A stretch of DNA of 64,000 bases from Camelus dromedarius (lineage: Eukaryota): the NCBI RefSeq assembly GCF_036321535.1, contig NC_087447.1, positions 50,594,001 through 50,658,000 on the forward strand, written 5' to 3'. Shown here piece after piece: positions 38,360 to 51,660 of this stretch. A model generated the notes under the pieces. It was not told the origin of the DNA. It saw nothing but the letters and a program-made list of their open reading frames with translations, and did not search any database. Position 1 is the stretch's first letter. Each line of letters begins with the position of its first letter. Made by a program: the position numbers and the translations under genes.

Positions 38360-38880
38360 CTGGATAAAGAAGATGTGGGGTGTGTGTGTGTGTATATATA
38401 TACACACATACACACAATTGAAAACTACTCAGCCATAAAAAAGAATAAAAAATGCCATTTGCAGCAACATGGATGGACCTGGAGATTGTCACTCTAAGTG
38501 AAGTAAGCCAGAAAGAGAAAGAGAAAGAGAAATGTCATATGATATTGCTTATATGTGGAATCTTAAAAATAAGGACACAAATCAACTCATCTACAAAACA
38601 GAAACAGACTCACAGATATAGAAAAACAAACATATGGTTACCAGAGGGTAAAGGGGGGTGAGAAGGGAAATTTGAAAATTGCACCTCTGGGGGAGTGATG
38701 GAAATGTTAGCTATCTTGATTGTGGTAGTGGTTTCATTGTTATATACATCTATCAAAATTCATCAAACTCTACACTTGAAATATGTGTAGTTTACTGTAC
38801 AGGAATCATACCACAATAAAAGTGTTAAAAATAAATAAATAAAAATAAATAAATAAACCTAACTCCCCCTCCGCCCACCC
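38360..38880 (+). mobile_element. L1 3' end followed by a SINE-type tail
   Basis: 'tggataaagaagatgtgg...gccatttgcagcaacatggatggacctggag'; AATAAA at 38815; then aataaacctaactccccctcc. Probable TSD at 38346-38359 and 38881-38894. Confidence 0.8.
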
Positions 38881-39193
38881 AATACAAGTCTTACAGTTCA
38901 CCATGTTATAGTTCTCCATATACTTAGGTCTCTTTTAATTTCTCTCAGTAGTTTTCATTGTAGAAGTCCTAAACATCTTTCAAAATTTATTTCTAAGTTT
39001 TTTATATTTTTGATGTTCTTATAAATTGTATTTTTAAAATTTCGTTTTCCCATTGTTGCTAGCATAGAGATATAAAATTGATTTTTTATCATCCTTGTAT
39101 CTTCTACCTTGCTAAATTCACTTAACTTTTTTGTCACTAAGTAAACAGTCATGTAATCTGTGAATAGACAGTTTCACTTCTTCCTTCTTAATC

Positions 39194-39476
39194 TTTTTTT
39201 TTTAATTAAGGTATAGTCAGTTTACAATATTGTGTTAGTTTCTGGTGTACAGCATAGTGATTCAGACATATATACATATTCCTTTTCATGTTCTTTTTCC
39301 ATTATAGGCTATTACAAGATATTGACTATAGTTTCCTGTGCTACACAGTAGGATCTTGTTGTTTATCTATTTTATGTATAGTAGTTAATATCTGCAAATC
39401 CTGAACTCTCATTTTATCCCCCCCACACCCTCCCCCTCCTGGTAACCGTAAGTTTGTTTTCTATGTCTGTGAGTTT
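39194..39476 (-). mobile_element. Lineage-specific L1 3' UTR fragment
   Basis: Poly(T), then 'ggtatagtcagtttacaatattgtgttagtttctggtgtacagcatag...ggtaaccgtaagtttgttttctatgtctgtgag'. Confidence 0.85.
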
Positions 39477-39924
39477 GCTTTTCAGTCTTTATGCATTTTT
39501 TTCTTGCCTTATTCCATTGGCTAGGGCTTTCCAGTACACTGCTGAGTAAAAATGATATGAGCAGACATCTTTCCCCCTTTTTTTTTATTTAAGAAGGAAA
39601 GCATTAAATATTATTAGATATGATTGGGTTTTTTTTATTATTATTATTAACTAAGCTGTAGGTCTTTTGTAGACATCTTGGTTGAGTAAATTCTTTTCTT
39701 TTTCTGACTTGCTTGAGTTTTAGCATGAGTGGGTATTGAATTTCATCAAATCTTATTCTATATCTGTTGAAGTGATTTTGTCCTTTCTGTTAATATGATG
39801 AATTACACTGACTGATTTTTTTTTTTTAATGTTGGACTACCTTTGCTTCCTTTGTCCATTTGGACATGATGTGTTATCATCTGTATCTGTATCTATATCT
39901 GTATCTGGGTTTGATTTGCCAGTA

Positions 39925-40184
39925 TAGTTGACCCTTGAACAACATGGGTTTGAACTGTGCAGGTCCACTTATGCAGGGATTTTTTTCAGTGAACATGTGC
40001 TACATTACTTCATTACTACAGCACTACAGTACTGAAGTACTCAGTGGTTGGTTGAACCTGCCCATATGGAACCCATGGGTATGGAGCCCACAGGGGCAGA
40101 ACACAGACTGTAAAGTTATGCTCAGATTTTCAACTGCTTGGAAGGTTGGTGCACCTAACTTCAGTATTATTCAAGGATAAGCTG
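39925..40184 (+). mobile_element. MER8/Tigger2-type MITE
   Basis: TIRs (t)agttgacccttgaacaac ... ttattcaaggataagctg, flanked by TA on both sides. Confidence 0.8.
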
Positions 40185-43100
40185 TATTTTTGTTAAGGAT
40201 TTTGTATCTTGTTCATGAGAGATACTGGTCTATAATTTTGTTTTTCAATATGTTTCTTTTGTCAGTTTTTTATAGGTTGTATTTTTCAAGAAATTTATTT
40301 TATGTAATTTGTTGAATTTATTGGCATAAAATTATTTCTGATATTCTCTTATTGGTCTTTTAATGTCTCTAGAATCTGAGGTGATCTGTGCTCTTTCATT
40401 TATTGGTAATTTGTGTATTCTCTCTTTTTTGTTGATTAATCATCCTAGTGGTTTATTAAATATTGCTAATTATGTCAGAGGTTCAACTTCTGGCTATGTT
40501 AAATTTCTCTACTTTTTTTCTTGTTCTACTTTATTTTTTTCCTCCTACATATTTTTTATTCAATTTATACTTTTTTAGTTTCATAAGGTAAAAGTGTAGA
40601 ACACTAATTTTAAAACTTTTTTTTAAAAAATAGAATCTTTTATGGTTATAAATTTCCCTCTTAGCACTCTTTAGTTATATACAACAAATTTTGATATGCT
40701 TTATTTATACTTTTCCAGTGATTTCTTCTAAATGATCCATAGGCTAAAGAAGAAATCACAGGAGAAGTAGAAATAAGCTATGGGTCCTTAAGAAGCATGT
40801 TATCTAATTTCCAAATATTTGGAATTTGTAAGTTATCTTTTTGTTATTGAGTTCCAGTTTAATTTCATTATGTTTAGAGAATGTATTTTTAAATTCTTTT
40901 AAACTTATTGGCTTGTTTTATGACTTTGTATGTTTTACTTGGTGAATGTTCCACATGCATTTGGAAAGAATATATATTCTCCTGTTTGTGCATATATTCT
41001 GTAAATGTCAGGTCAGATTGGTTGATAGCGTTCAAGTCTTCTGTACATTTACTGATATTTCTGTCTGCTTCTATTAATTAATAAGAAGAGTGTTGGAATC
41101 ACCAGCTATAGTAGTATATTTTGTTCTATCTCCTTTTCCATTCTTATGTGTTTTGATGCTGCATTTAGGCATGTACACTTCAGGACTGTCATGTAATCTT
41201 GACGTGTTCACCTTTTATCATTATGAAATGTCCTCCTTTTTCTCTGACACTATCCTAAGTTCTGAAGTCTATTTTGTTTGATATTAATGTAGCCATTCAT
41301 CTTATAATTTGTATTGCCATGGTACTTCTTTTCTGTCATTTTTATTTTAACCTCTCTGTGTCTTTACATTTAAAGCACTTTTTTTGTAGTAGTTATAGTT
41401 GGCTCTTTTTTTTTTTGCCTTGTTTCTGTCTTGTCTTGTACTTTAGTTTATATGGTTTCTATTTCCTTGGATTCAAGTTCACTGATGTTTCTGTTAAGCA
41501 CATAAAGTGAGTTTGTTTGTTTTTTTAATTTTAGGTATTGTATTTTTCAGCTCTGGAAGTTTCATTTAATTTTTTAAAAAATAGTTTATATATTTCTCTT
41601 TGTTGTATTCATGTTTTTCTTTAAATCCTTGAACATGTTCATAAGAGGTGTTTTAAATCATCATCTGCTAATTCCACACTTCCTTCATTTCTAGGTCTGA
41701 TTATTTTTCCCCTGGTAGCAGGTCACATTTTCCTGATTCTTTGCATGTAGAGTAAATATATAAATTTTGTAAGGACTTTTATCTGTATCTGCTTTAGAGA
41801 AAAAATAGTTTGAAAGCAATTTCCAATTAAAATGATAGTTGCAAGTATAAAACAAATAACTTTTTTGAGCCATTTGAAAGTAAGTTCCCAAGATAATCTT
41901 TTATTACCCTTCATACTTTATTGTATGTTTCCTTCAAACAAGGATATTGTCCTATATAACCGCAATATAACCATTAAAATCAGAAAGTGAACACTGATAT
42001 ATTACTACCGTCTAATCTTGTTTAACTTACTAAAATTGTCCCAACAATGCCCTTAATAGCAACAGCATCCAATCCAAAATCACATGTTACATTTACACTT
42101 CATGTCTATTTAGTCTCATGCTATCTGGAATATTTCCTAAATCTTTTTTGATCATTATCACTTTGGTACTTTTAAAGATTATATACCAGTTACCTTGTAG
42201 AACGTCTGCTAGTTTGCTTGCAGTCTGGGGACTCCACCCCTCAATAGGATTGGGTTAGTTCCAATTCTTGCAAAGGGAAAAAAAAAAGCAACTCTTTTCT
42301 CAAATTGGATTAAGATTCTAACCTAGTCAAACTCTCAAAATCAGAAACCTAGAATTTCAGGGCAGAATCCGAATAGTCACTCCTTTAACTCAATGCAGTA
42401 CTGTTCATCTTAATAATAGTAGAATCTCATAATAACTACAAGAGGAAAACCATGTAATTCTGTTATACAATTGCCTTGTACACTTTCTGATAACTCTGAA
42501 GTTTCTTTCAGTATAAACATTTTGATGTACATAGTTCTGAGCAGTGTAAAAACAAACCACAGAAATAGGCCAGCTCTTCAGTGGGACCCCAGTGAAGGTC
42601 ATTTTCACCTTTCTCTGCCAGCTCTTTTCTGAGCCCCACCTTGAACCATTATTCTTCATTTGTTACTCTCATTTGGGTTGGTCTTGGCACTAACTGTTCA
42701 ATTAAGTGAACAGCAACCCTAAAACTTTTTGTTTAAGTAAGGAATCCTGTAGAGTCATAGTTTTATTTTACTTTTAAGTATGAAAGGAGAAGGAAATTCC
42801 CAAAGCTCTTCTAAGAAAGAAGTATTGCAAGTATTTATTTATCTTTTTAAAAACAAACACAACCCTGAACAGACAACAATTTAAATATTGACAGAGCAAC
42901 AGACTATCAGGTTTATGGTTGAGTTTGGGCCTACCATTTCATTCTTTTTTTTTTGGTTTTACTTTTCTCTGTTCTTTCTTTTCTACTTTGAAAAAAATTT
43001 TGAGTATTTTTTGAGAATTCCATTTTAATTTTCCTGTTGGCTTTTCAGCTGTATTATTTATTTAGTGGTTTCTCGAGAGATTACAGTATACATGTCTAAC

Positions 43101-46100
43101 TTTTCACAGCTCACTTCATGAAAAATGTGCAAATGTGAAGAATAAGACAACTGTATGGGTCCATATCCTACTTACCTGTTCTTTATGCTATAGTTGTTAT
43201 GTGTATTACATCTACATACATTATGAACTTCACAACAGTTATATGTTAAAAGTAAATACATTATAATAAATTGAAAGAAAAAGTCAAAATAATTAACTTT
43301 TGCACTTAACTGGAGGTTTATATTTCCAGTGCTTTTTATTCCAGTCTGAGAATCTGGATTTCCCTCTGGTGTCATTTCCCCTCAGTGAGTTTGAGCATCT
43401 TATATCTATACGTTTTTGTCTTTAATCATATTTTGGAAAATTTTGGTCATTCTTTAAATATTCTTTTCTGCCTTAGTCTCTCTCTCCTATTATTTGTTTC
43501 CAAATACAAGTATGTTAGACTGTTGGATATCATCTAACAGGTCTATTAAGATCAATTCATTTTACAAAAATCATTTTTTTCTCTCTCTGTGCATGTGCAG
43601 GTTGGATAATTTTGATTGATCTGTCTTTAGGTTCACTTACTTTTTTTTTCCTGTCATCTCCATTTGTCTGTTAAGTCTATTATTTAGTGAATAATTTATT
43701 TCAGATAATATATTTTTTCAGTTTTAGAACTTCCATTTAGTTCTTTTTTAATCTTTTCATTATTGGTAGCATATTTTGTTTTAATTCATTGAGGATAGTT
43801 AAAATAGCTGCTTTAAAGCCCTTGTCTGCCTTTTAAACATCTCTGGGTGATCTCAGAGTCAACCTAGCTGATACTCTTTTCCCTTGAAAATATGTTTCAT
43901 TTTCCTGGTTCTTCATATGTTGAATAATTTTAGACTTTATTTTGGACAGTATGAATGTTAAATCCTGGAGATTCTGTCCTTTTGTTTTTGTTTGTCTGTT
44001 TTTTCCTGGTGAGTGTTGTTTCTTTGGTTTTAATTGGCAGTTAATCGTGATTGACTTGAGTTGAACTGTGAACTCTGTTTCTTGACCAGCATCTCCTTTG
44101 CCTTTAGTTGAACTTCTTCTAACCTGTCATAAACATGTGTGGTTCTCTAATGGTAGAGATATAGACAGACAGAATTTGGGGATCTCTTCTCTGTCTTATT
44201 CCCTTTAAGGATTTCTCCATTCTCTTCATTGGTCATGTTTCTTCTGGCTTCAGTTTTCTGGTTCCCCAGGATAAAAAGCCTATAGTGTTGCATTCCCCAG
44301 CTCTTTGTGTGCTGTACTTGGCCCAAGGCTGAAAGCTGTGAAAATGGGAACTCTCTTTGTACAACTCTCCTTCTTCAAGTGTGTACTTTCCATTAGAGTC
44401 TGTCTACATCTCTTTTACTCTCCAGTGCTTTCAGGTGAAATCTCTTTTTGTATTATTCCAGATTTTACCTTTTTTTTTTTTTTTTTTTTTTTAATAGAGG
44501 GAAAATTAGCCAGTAGGGTCTTACTCTGTCATTACTGGAGTCAGAAATGTATTTGGTCTCTTTTAATATATTCCATTTCTCTCCTCATTATTTTCATGTT
44601 TTTCTTTAGATTCTTGAACATAGTTATAATAGCTGATTTAAAACCTTTGCCAATTTCATCATCACTGTCATTTCTGGGTTGTTTCTTTTGACTGATTTTC
44701 TTGCTCTTTAAACTTACTTAGCAGTTTTTGTTTGGATGTTGGACATTGTAACGTGATGTTGTTGAGTGACTAGATTTTGGTGTCTTCCTTTAAAGGGTGT
44801 TTGGCTTCTTTTTGGCCTGCAATTAAATTTCTAGTCAGCTTGTCCTTTCAAGGCTTATTTTAAACATGATTTTGGGTGGGTTTAGAGTTGTTATCTTTAT
44901 TCTTTTGCTAGTTTTGCTTCATTACTAAAACGTGACCTTTCTGGGATCCCTACTGAATACCCTAGGTTTTCAGTGTGGTCTCTGTTCTGTCTGGTCACAC
45001 CTTGAAAGTCTCCAGCCCTGTATACTGTGATAGTTGTTCAGTTTACAGCTCTGTAGTAGTCCCCCTACTCCAGGAGTTCCTTTCTCTACCTATTGGAATC
45101 TTACTCTGTGCATGTTTAGCTTAGTATTCAACAGTAGATTCGAGAGGATCGCTTATAGATTTTTGGATCTCTTTCTCTACAAAGATACCTCCTTTGGTAT
45201 TCTGTCTTATAAATTTTGATGTCCCTATCTTTCTGAAGTTTAACCCGTCTCCTCAATTTAGTGAGACTGCTGTGCTGTTTGGATTCCCTCTCCTCGTACT
45301 AAGATCTAGAAAATGCATCCTCTAGAAAACTGGGTTAATCACAGAGTTTACCTCTTGTGTTTCCCTTTTCTCAAGGGGTCACATTTCCATACTGCCTTGT
45401 TCAGTGTCCAAAAAGTTTTTTCATGTCTTTTGCCCTCTTTTCTAGTTGTTAACAGCAAGAGAAAGTCCAGTCCCAGTTACTCTATCATGGCTAGAAGGAA
45501 AAGGCCCTCAGATCATTGAGGTGTTCTTATGTTTGTTAGAGCTAATACGTATTAGTTCAAGCCCATTGTGGTGTTAAAATCTGTAATGCTTCTGATTTTT
45601 GCATAGAGGATGGTGTGGAGAGGAGGATCAAGGAAATTTGCTTCATCTTTCAACCACTGAGATAAGTATGTTAAATATTCCACTGTATTGATTATTTTTC
45701 CTACATTATTCTGTTAGTTTTTGCTTTAAGTGTTTTAAAAATATGCAGTTAAACTAGGTACATATGCAGTTAGGGTTATATCTTCCTGGTAAATTGGATC
45801 CCTAATTTTGTAATACTTTTTATTTTAAAGTTCTTTTTGTCTGATGTTATGATTGCTTTACCAGTTTTTTTTTTTTCTGTAGTAGTTATAGCTTATCTTT
45901 TTCATTCTTTTATTTTCAACCTTTCTGCATTCTCATGTCTTATTTGAATCTCTTATGAACAGAACATATCTATTTTTTCATTCATCTCTGGATCTTTAGT
46001 ACTTAGCATGATACCTATCTCTTATTGGGCAAAGAACACATGTTTTACAAGTGATTTGATTATTAAAATGTGTTGAAGAATAATATGAGTAAACTCAGTT

Positions 46101-46214
46101 ATTCTAGGGACTGAAGGGAGACAAAGGAATTTATGCTCCAAGTGATACATTCAAAGAATATTTGTTGAGCATGTACTTTAAGTTAGGCACTTATTTTAAA
46201 GGGACCTGGCATTT

Positions 46215-46743
46215 GTTTTAATCAGTTATGATAAGACACACAAACATGGAAATGATTGCCATGAAGGAAGAAGTTTTATATTCACAGTTCCCTAGAAACA
46301 GGAGGCATAGCACACTGTGCCGGACCACATGAGGAAGCACCAGGGTCAGTCCAGGGAGGGGAGGTTTTGGAGGGGAGATGTGGGTGAGAGCCTTTATTGT
46401 GGTTTCTGTGGGAAGGAGTGGGCAAGGTAGGGGTAAGCAGGCCTAGGATTGGTTAGTTTGAATAATTTCAGTGGGCTCTGGGGCCTAGGGGATGCCTTTA
46501 GTTGTCTGGTACATGGCCCTGAAGTGATGAGGGCAAGGGAATAATGGCCTAGAATGTAAGAGTCTGACAAAGGAGGTAGATGGGGTTCTGGGCTCTGGAT
46601 TGTTCAGTTTGTGTATAGCACATGTGCTTGCAGGCAAGTAGTAGGGTACCTGGTTAGCCCTGGGAAGAGCAGTCCTACCAAGGTCAGCAGGACCCTGCAT
46701 GTCAAAGCATCAATTACAAAAACTAGAAAACATGGTTATTACA
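46215..46743 (-). mobile_element. ERVL-class solo LTR (MER54/73/74 group) inserted in an L2
   Basis: 'gaagcaccagggtcag...gcctttattgtggtttc...ggattggttagtttgaataatttcag'; L2 text on both sides (46148 and 46745-47250). Confidence 0.6.
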
Positions 46744-47545
46744 GTACTGTTCTAGGAGTTTGTGATATAGCAAGGAAGAAAATAAGTAAGATTGCTGTTG
46801 TCATGAGATTGCATTCTAATGAGGGGAAATGATATACATAAGCAAGTGTGTAAATGGTTTCCAATTGTGATAAATGCTATGAAAAAATAAAACAAGATAA
46901 TACGATAGAGAATGGATAGACGACTTCTTTAGATAGGGTAAGTAAGGAAGGCTTTTCTGAATTAGTATTATCTGGCATAATAGTTAAAGAATGAGAAGGA
47001 ATGTGTGGTAATCTGGGGTAATGATATTCCAGGCAGTTCTGCAAATGGCCCTGAGACTGGTGTGGACTTGGTTTGTTTTAGGAACATTAGGAAGGCTAGT
47101 GTTGATGGAATGGATGGGCAAGAAGAACAGTTAGAAGAGTAGGGAGGGGTTGATTGTATTGGCCTTGTAGACCATAATAAGGAGTTTGGCCTTTATTTTA
47201 TTTGTGATTGAAAGCCTTTGGAAGGTTTTAGCCAGAGGAGTATATCTTTTTACACTCAGTTCTGAACAAGTCAGTACAATACTGATGACAATGACAGTTG
47301 TAACGTTTAGGAGATATATTAACATGCTACAATTACATGATTAAAAATATAGGTGTTACTGAATTGGAAAAGTTTTCATGAAGTAACTATCTTCTAAGGA
47401 AAATATTGATCATGGAAGGAAACTAGGATTGATGAAAAATGAGGATGAAATTTTAAAGGAGAAGAATCCAACAAAGCAGCCCTGTGTGCTCAGGTACCAT
47501 GACTTTTTAAACATAAGAACTTATTATCAAAACAATATATAGATA

Positions 47546-47716
47546 GGGAGCAGGGTATAGCTCAAGTGGTAGAGCGCATGCTTAGCATGCACGTGGTTCT
47601 GGGTTCAGTTCCCAGTACCTAACACTGAAAAACTAACTAAATAAATAAGCTTAATTACCTCCCCCCTGCAAAAACAGACCAAAAAACAAACAAACAAACA
47701 AAAACCACACACACAC
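47546..47716 (+). mobile_element. Full-length camelid-type tRNA-derived SINE
   Basis: gggtatagctcaagtggtagagcgcatgcttagcatgcac...ttaattacctcccc; 14-bp TSD acaat(a/g)tatagata at 47532-47545 and 47717-47730. Confidence 0.92.
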
Positions 47717-50700
47717 ACAATGTATAGATAAAGTTTAAATTTGATGAATGGCCAAAATAAATGATGAAAGGAGATATAAAATAGCTATAAAGGTTAGAGA
47801 AGCCCTTTGTCCTCAACTCCTACAAAGTATTTTCAATAAGAGATTGGGGGACTAAAGCTAGATTAGTTTTAAGAGAGGGTAAAGATTATGAATGAGTGAT
47901 GAGAAAGCAAAAGAAAACTCAGAGATACAAAGGTAGCTTGAAATAAATTTATATGCCTTGCATTAGGTGGATCAAGAGAATCATCTTCATGAAAGAGTCG
48001 TAGTTTGTTGCCAACATATTACAGTTTTCAGTATTTCATATTCTGTAGGCAGTATTTGTTCTTACTGGTTTTTTAGAATTAAATTTTATTTCAGTAAAAG
48101 AAATGATGGTTTTTAGGATATGGATGGCCATATGTATTTTAGATTAATCCATCTCAAGAAAAGGGTATTTTAATTAGTGCCCTTAAAGACTAAGAAAAAT
48201 TAATAAGCATATTCAAAAGTATGACAGTAAGCAAAAGAATAATCTTGCTTATATGAAGTACTCTCTTTGTGCCCTGTCCCTAAAATTTTTAAGGGATTCA
48301 AGCCTTTTGATTAGTTGCAGATTAGCTTCAGACTTAAGAAAAAGAAGGAATTAGTTAATGGGATTTTGAGTCACTTGTTAAGTATTCTAAAAATTGTTAC
48401 TCTTCAAAAACTTCCTTGAAGAAAAGAGAGAAGCACTAATATTGGAGTGAGAAAGGGACCTTGAATAGGTCAACTTTTCTGAGTTTTTAAAAAGGTACTT
48501 ATTTAAAGAAAACTTTAGAAAATGACATTGTTATTGTTATAAAATATATTTATATTATATATATGTTATAAAATATTTTCACAACAGAATTGTTTGAAAA
48601 TCAAAGGAGGAAATGAATACAAGTTGATTTTGTATTACAGAGTCTTACAGATATAAGGTAGTATCATTTAGAAGTATATTTGAATTTTTGTTTTGCTAAC
48701 ACATGTGCCTGCTTTACTTGCAAAAAACTTCTGCATGTCTAAGCATTACCATAGCTAATTGAAGCTGCTTTGGATTCTGTGAATGCCAACTACTATAGAC
48801 AATATCTCATAGCTTAAAAATATCAATAAAAAGGGTATTAGCAAATTTCAGTAGAAATAATGATAAACTTAAATTTTTATAAAAATGAACAGTACTCATA
48901 CACTTCATATTGAATTTAGCTAACTGCGAAAATATCTGTATTAGCTTTAAGATAAATAAGATAGAAAATTTAAATATAATTTGGTACTTATGACTGTATT
49001 TTCATGGTCAAAATATTACTGGAAGTATGTCACAAAATGCCCCTGCAGTATTTTGGAACTGCAAGTGATTTTGTGTTTTATATATGAGGGAGTTGTAGCA
49101 CATGCAGGTAAAATAAATCCCCAAGTCACATAGTGAATCCTAATCCAGAGTCTGCTAAACACTCTGTACCTAGTACAGTACTGTGCTCTGGTAGCATGAG
49201 AAAGTTGATGATACAGTGTACTCTCCAAAAACTAAAATCTGGAAGGGGAAATAGGCCTAAAGGTCTCTAGGTATAGAGCAGTGATAATGCTGCGAACAAA
49301 GTCATCAGAATATAGAAAATGGAAAAATTGATTTTGTCTCAGCATTAGTGAAGGCTTCATTGAGGAGCTGGCTGTGGAGCTGGGCTTTGAAGAATTAGAA
49401 TTTTTTTAAGAGAGCCATGTAGGTGTTATATACAGGAAGAACAAAGGCAGAAAGGCATTGAAATGGGAGATGCATGATGAAAAGAAGGGTAATGGGAGGG
49501 TAGAGGGTGAAAAGTAGTGGGTGCTGAGATCAGAAGGTGGGTTGGACCTGGCAGACTGAGAGCTAAAATCTGGTGGACCTGTCTTATGGTGCAGGGCATA
49601 ATTCCTCTAGGAGTATATACAGTCTGACTTTGAATATCATCACTGTGCTTCTCCTAAGTTTATAAAGTAACTCTGGAGAAGCTGCCCTTGTGAGAGAACT
49701 CACAGTGTTTCTATGGAATCAGGATTTAACACCTCACCCACTTCTCTCACCCCCCTCCCCTTGCCCACACAGGGGTTATTCCCTGTAATTTCAGTTACTC
49801 CTCTTCAACCTCAACCTTCTTAAATAGAGAAGGCCCAGCTTAAATATTACATGCTCCTTGAAGCCTTCCCTGATTCTTTTTGATAGGCTTGTTCCTTCCT
49901 CTGGACTCCCTCAGCTCTTCATATATAATGTTTTTTATTCTTATCTGTTTACGTCCTTGCTTTCCCCTCTAGATACGGAGTTTTTCAAGCTCTGTTGACC
50001 TTTGTATCATTCTGTACCAACAGTGCTTGGCACACAGTAAGAATTCAATAAATATTTACTGCACAATTGGATGAATTACTTGTTTGTACACAATTGGTAC
50101 ATTTTTTTAACTTACTAAAATTTTTTGATATATAATAAACTACACATATTTAAAGCACACAATTTGATTAATTTTGATGGATGTACTCCCATGAAACTAT
50201 CACCACAATCAAGATATTGAACATATTACTCACCTCCAAAAGTTTCCTTGGGCACCTTTGTTGTTTCATATATTTTGTCCATTTTGTTTTTTTCAGGTAG
50301 GAGAGTAAATCTGGTCTTTGTTACTCCATTTTGGGTGGAAGTGTAATGTGCATTATCGTTAATCCTGTCATGTGTACAGCTTATCTTGCTTGTTGTTGTC
50401 CTCTGTTAAAGTAGTCTTTCTTAATTATATGGTAAACATGCCGTGTAGGTATTTTCATGAAAAACTGCTCTACCAGCTGTGAGACTGGTACAAAGCCATT
50501 GTGTACAGTGGGAAATGGTTTGCTTCTTTACGAGATTAAACAAAACATGCTACTAATTCAAGAAATGAACTGAAACTTAAACTATTTATTGAGTTTATGC
50601 TTTAAAATCTATTTTGTTTCTTTTGCCTGATTTTTTTTTCCCCAGGCTTTTTTACCTTTATTTATTCTATGCCCTTGTGTTTTAGGTATTTGTCTTGCAA

Positions 50701-51100
50701 ATAGAACTGTTTCTGTTATTTTTAAAATTCAGTCTCATTCTCTGTATTTCTGCTATATTTACCCTGATTACTGATACATTTTTATTTATTCCCACCATTT
50801 TTAATGCTTTTTATTTATCCTATATTCATAAGAACTTTTTTCTTCCCTGTATCCCTGTATTTTTTCCCCTCTCTTGGCATTGAGAGGTTTTCTTTTACTC
50901 CCTTCTCCCTCTCCTGGTTTGGAAGTTACTGGTTTGTTCTAATGCTGTTATTTTAATAGTTATTACTGATAAGTATTTTAAATGCATGTTTGACTTAAAA
51001 GCAAACATCTCTTCTTTTAGACAATTAAGAGAACTTCCTTTAACTTTGAATGTACTCCTCCTAACTTATGTGCTATTGTTAAGCATATTTAGTTTCACTT

Positions 51101-51660
51101 TGTACTAGTCTTCTTTGCTACATAACAAATCACCACAAATTATAAACACACGTTTATAATCTAACAGTTGCTATAGGTTACGAGTATGGGCCTAGCTCAG
51201 TTTAGGGTGCTAAGGATCTCACAAGGCTGCAGTCAAGGTATTAGCAGTGGGTGTAGTCTCATCTGAAGTTTGAACAGGAAAGACTCCATTAGAATAATCT
51301 AGTTCTCTGTGGTTTTAGGACTGAGGCTTCAGCTTCTTACTGGCTTTTGGATGGTGGCTACCCTTAGCTCCTAAAGGCTACTCTCTCTTCCTTGCCAGAT
51401 GGGAGTCCCCCCAAATAGGCAACCCACAACACAATAGCTTGCTCAAAAGCCAGCAAGGGAGTGAGAGTCTCTGGCAAGATGCATCCTACAATCTTATATA
51501 ATGTTATCACATAGGCATAATCACATTATCTTGTCACCTTGCTATATTCTGTTGGTTAGAAGCAATTCACATGTTCTGCCCACACACATGGGGAGGAAGT
51601 TATGAAAGGGTATGGATATCAGGAGGCGAGCATCATGGGGTTGAGTTTCAGTGGCTGTCA
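51101..51660 (-). mobile_element. MaLR LTR (MLT1E/F-like)
   Basis: 'tgtactagtcttctttgctacataacaaatcaccacaaa...tctcacaaggctgcagtcaagg...tattctgttggttagaagcaa'. Confidence 0.7.

Larger units (their letters stand above)
34930..45900 (-). mobile_element. Large fragmented old L1M region hosting younger insertions
   Basis: Long T-rich stretches of antisense L1 ORF2/3' text (34930-35930, 37600-37790, 38900-41400, 42900-45500). Probably more than one element. Confidence 0.7.
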
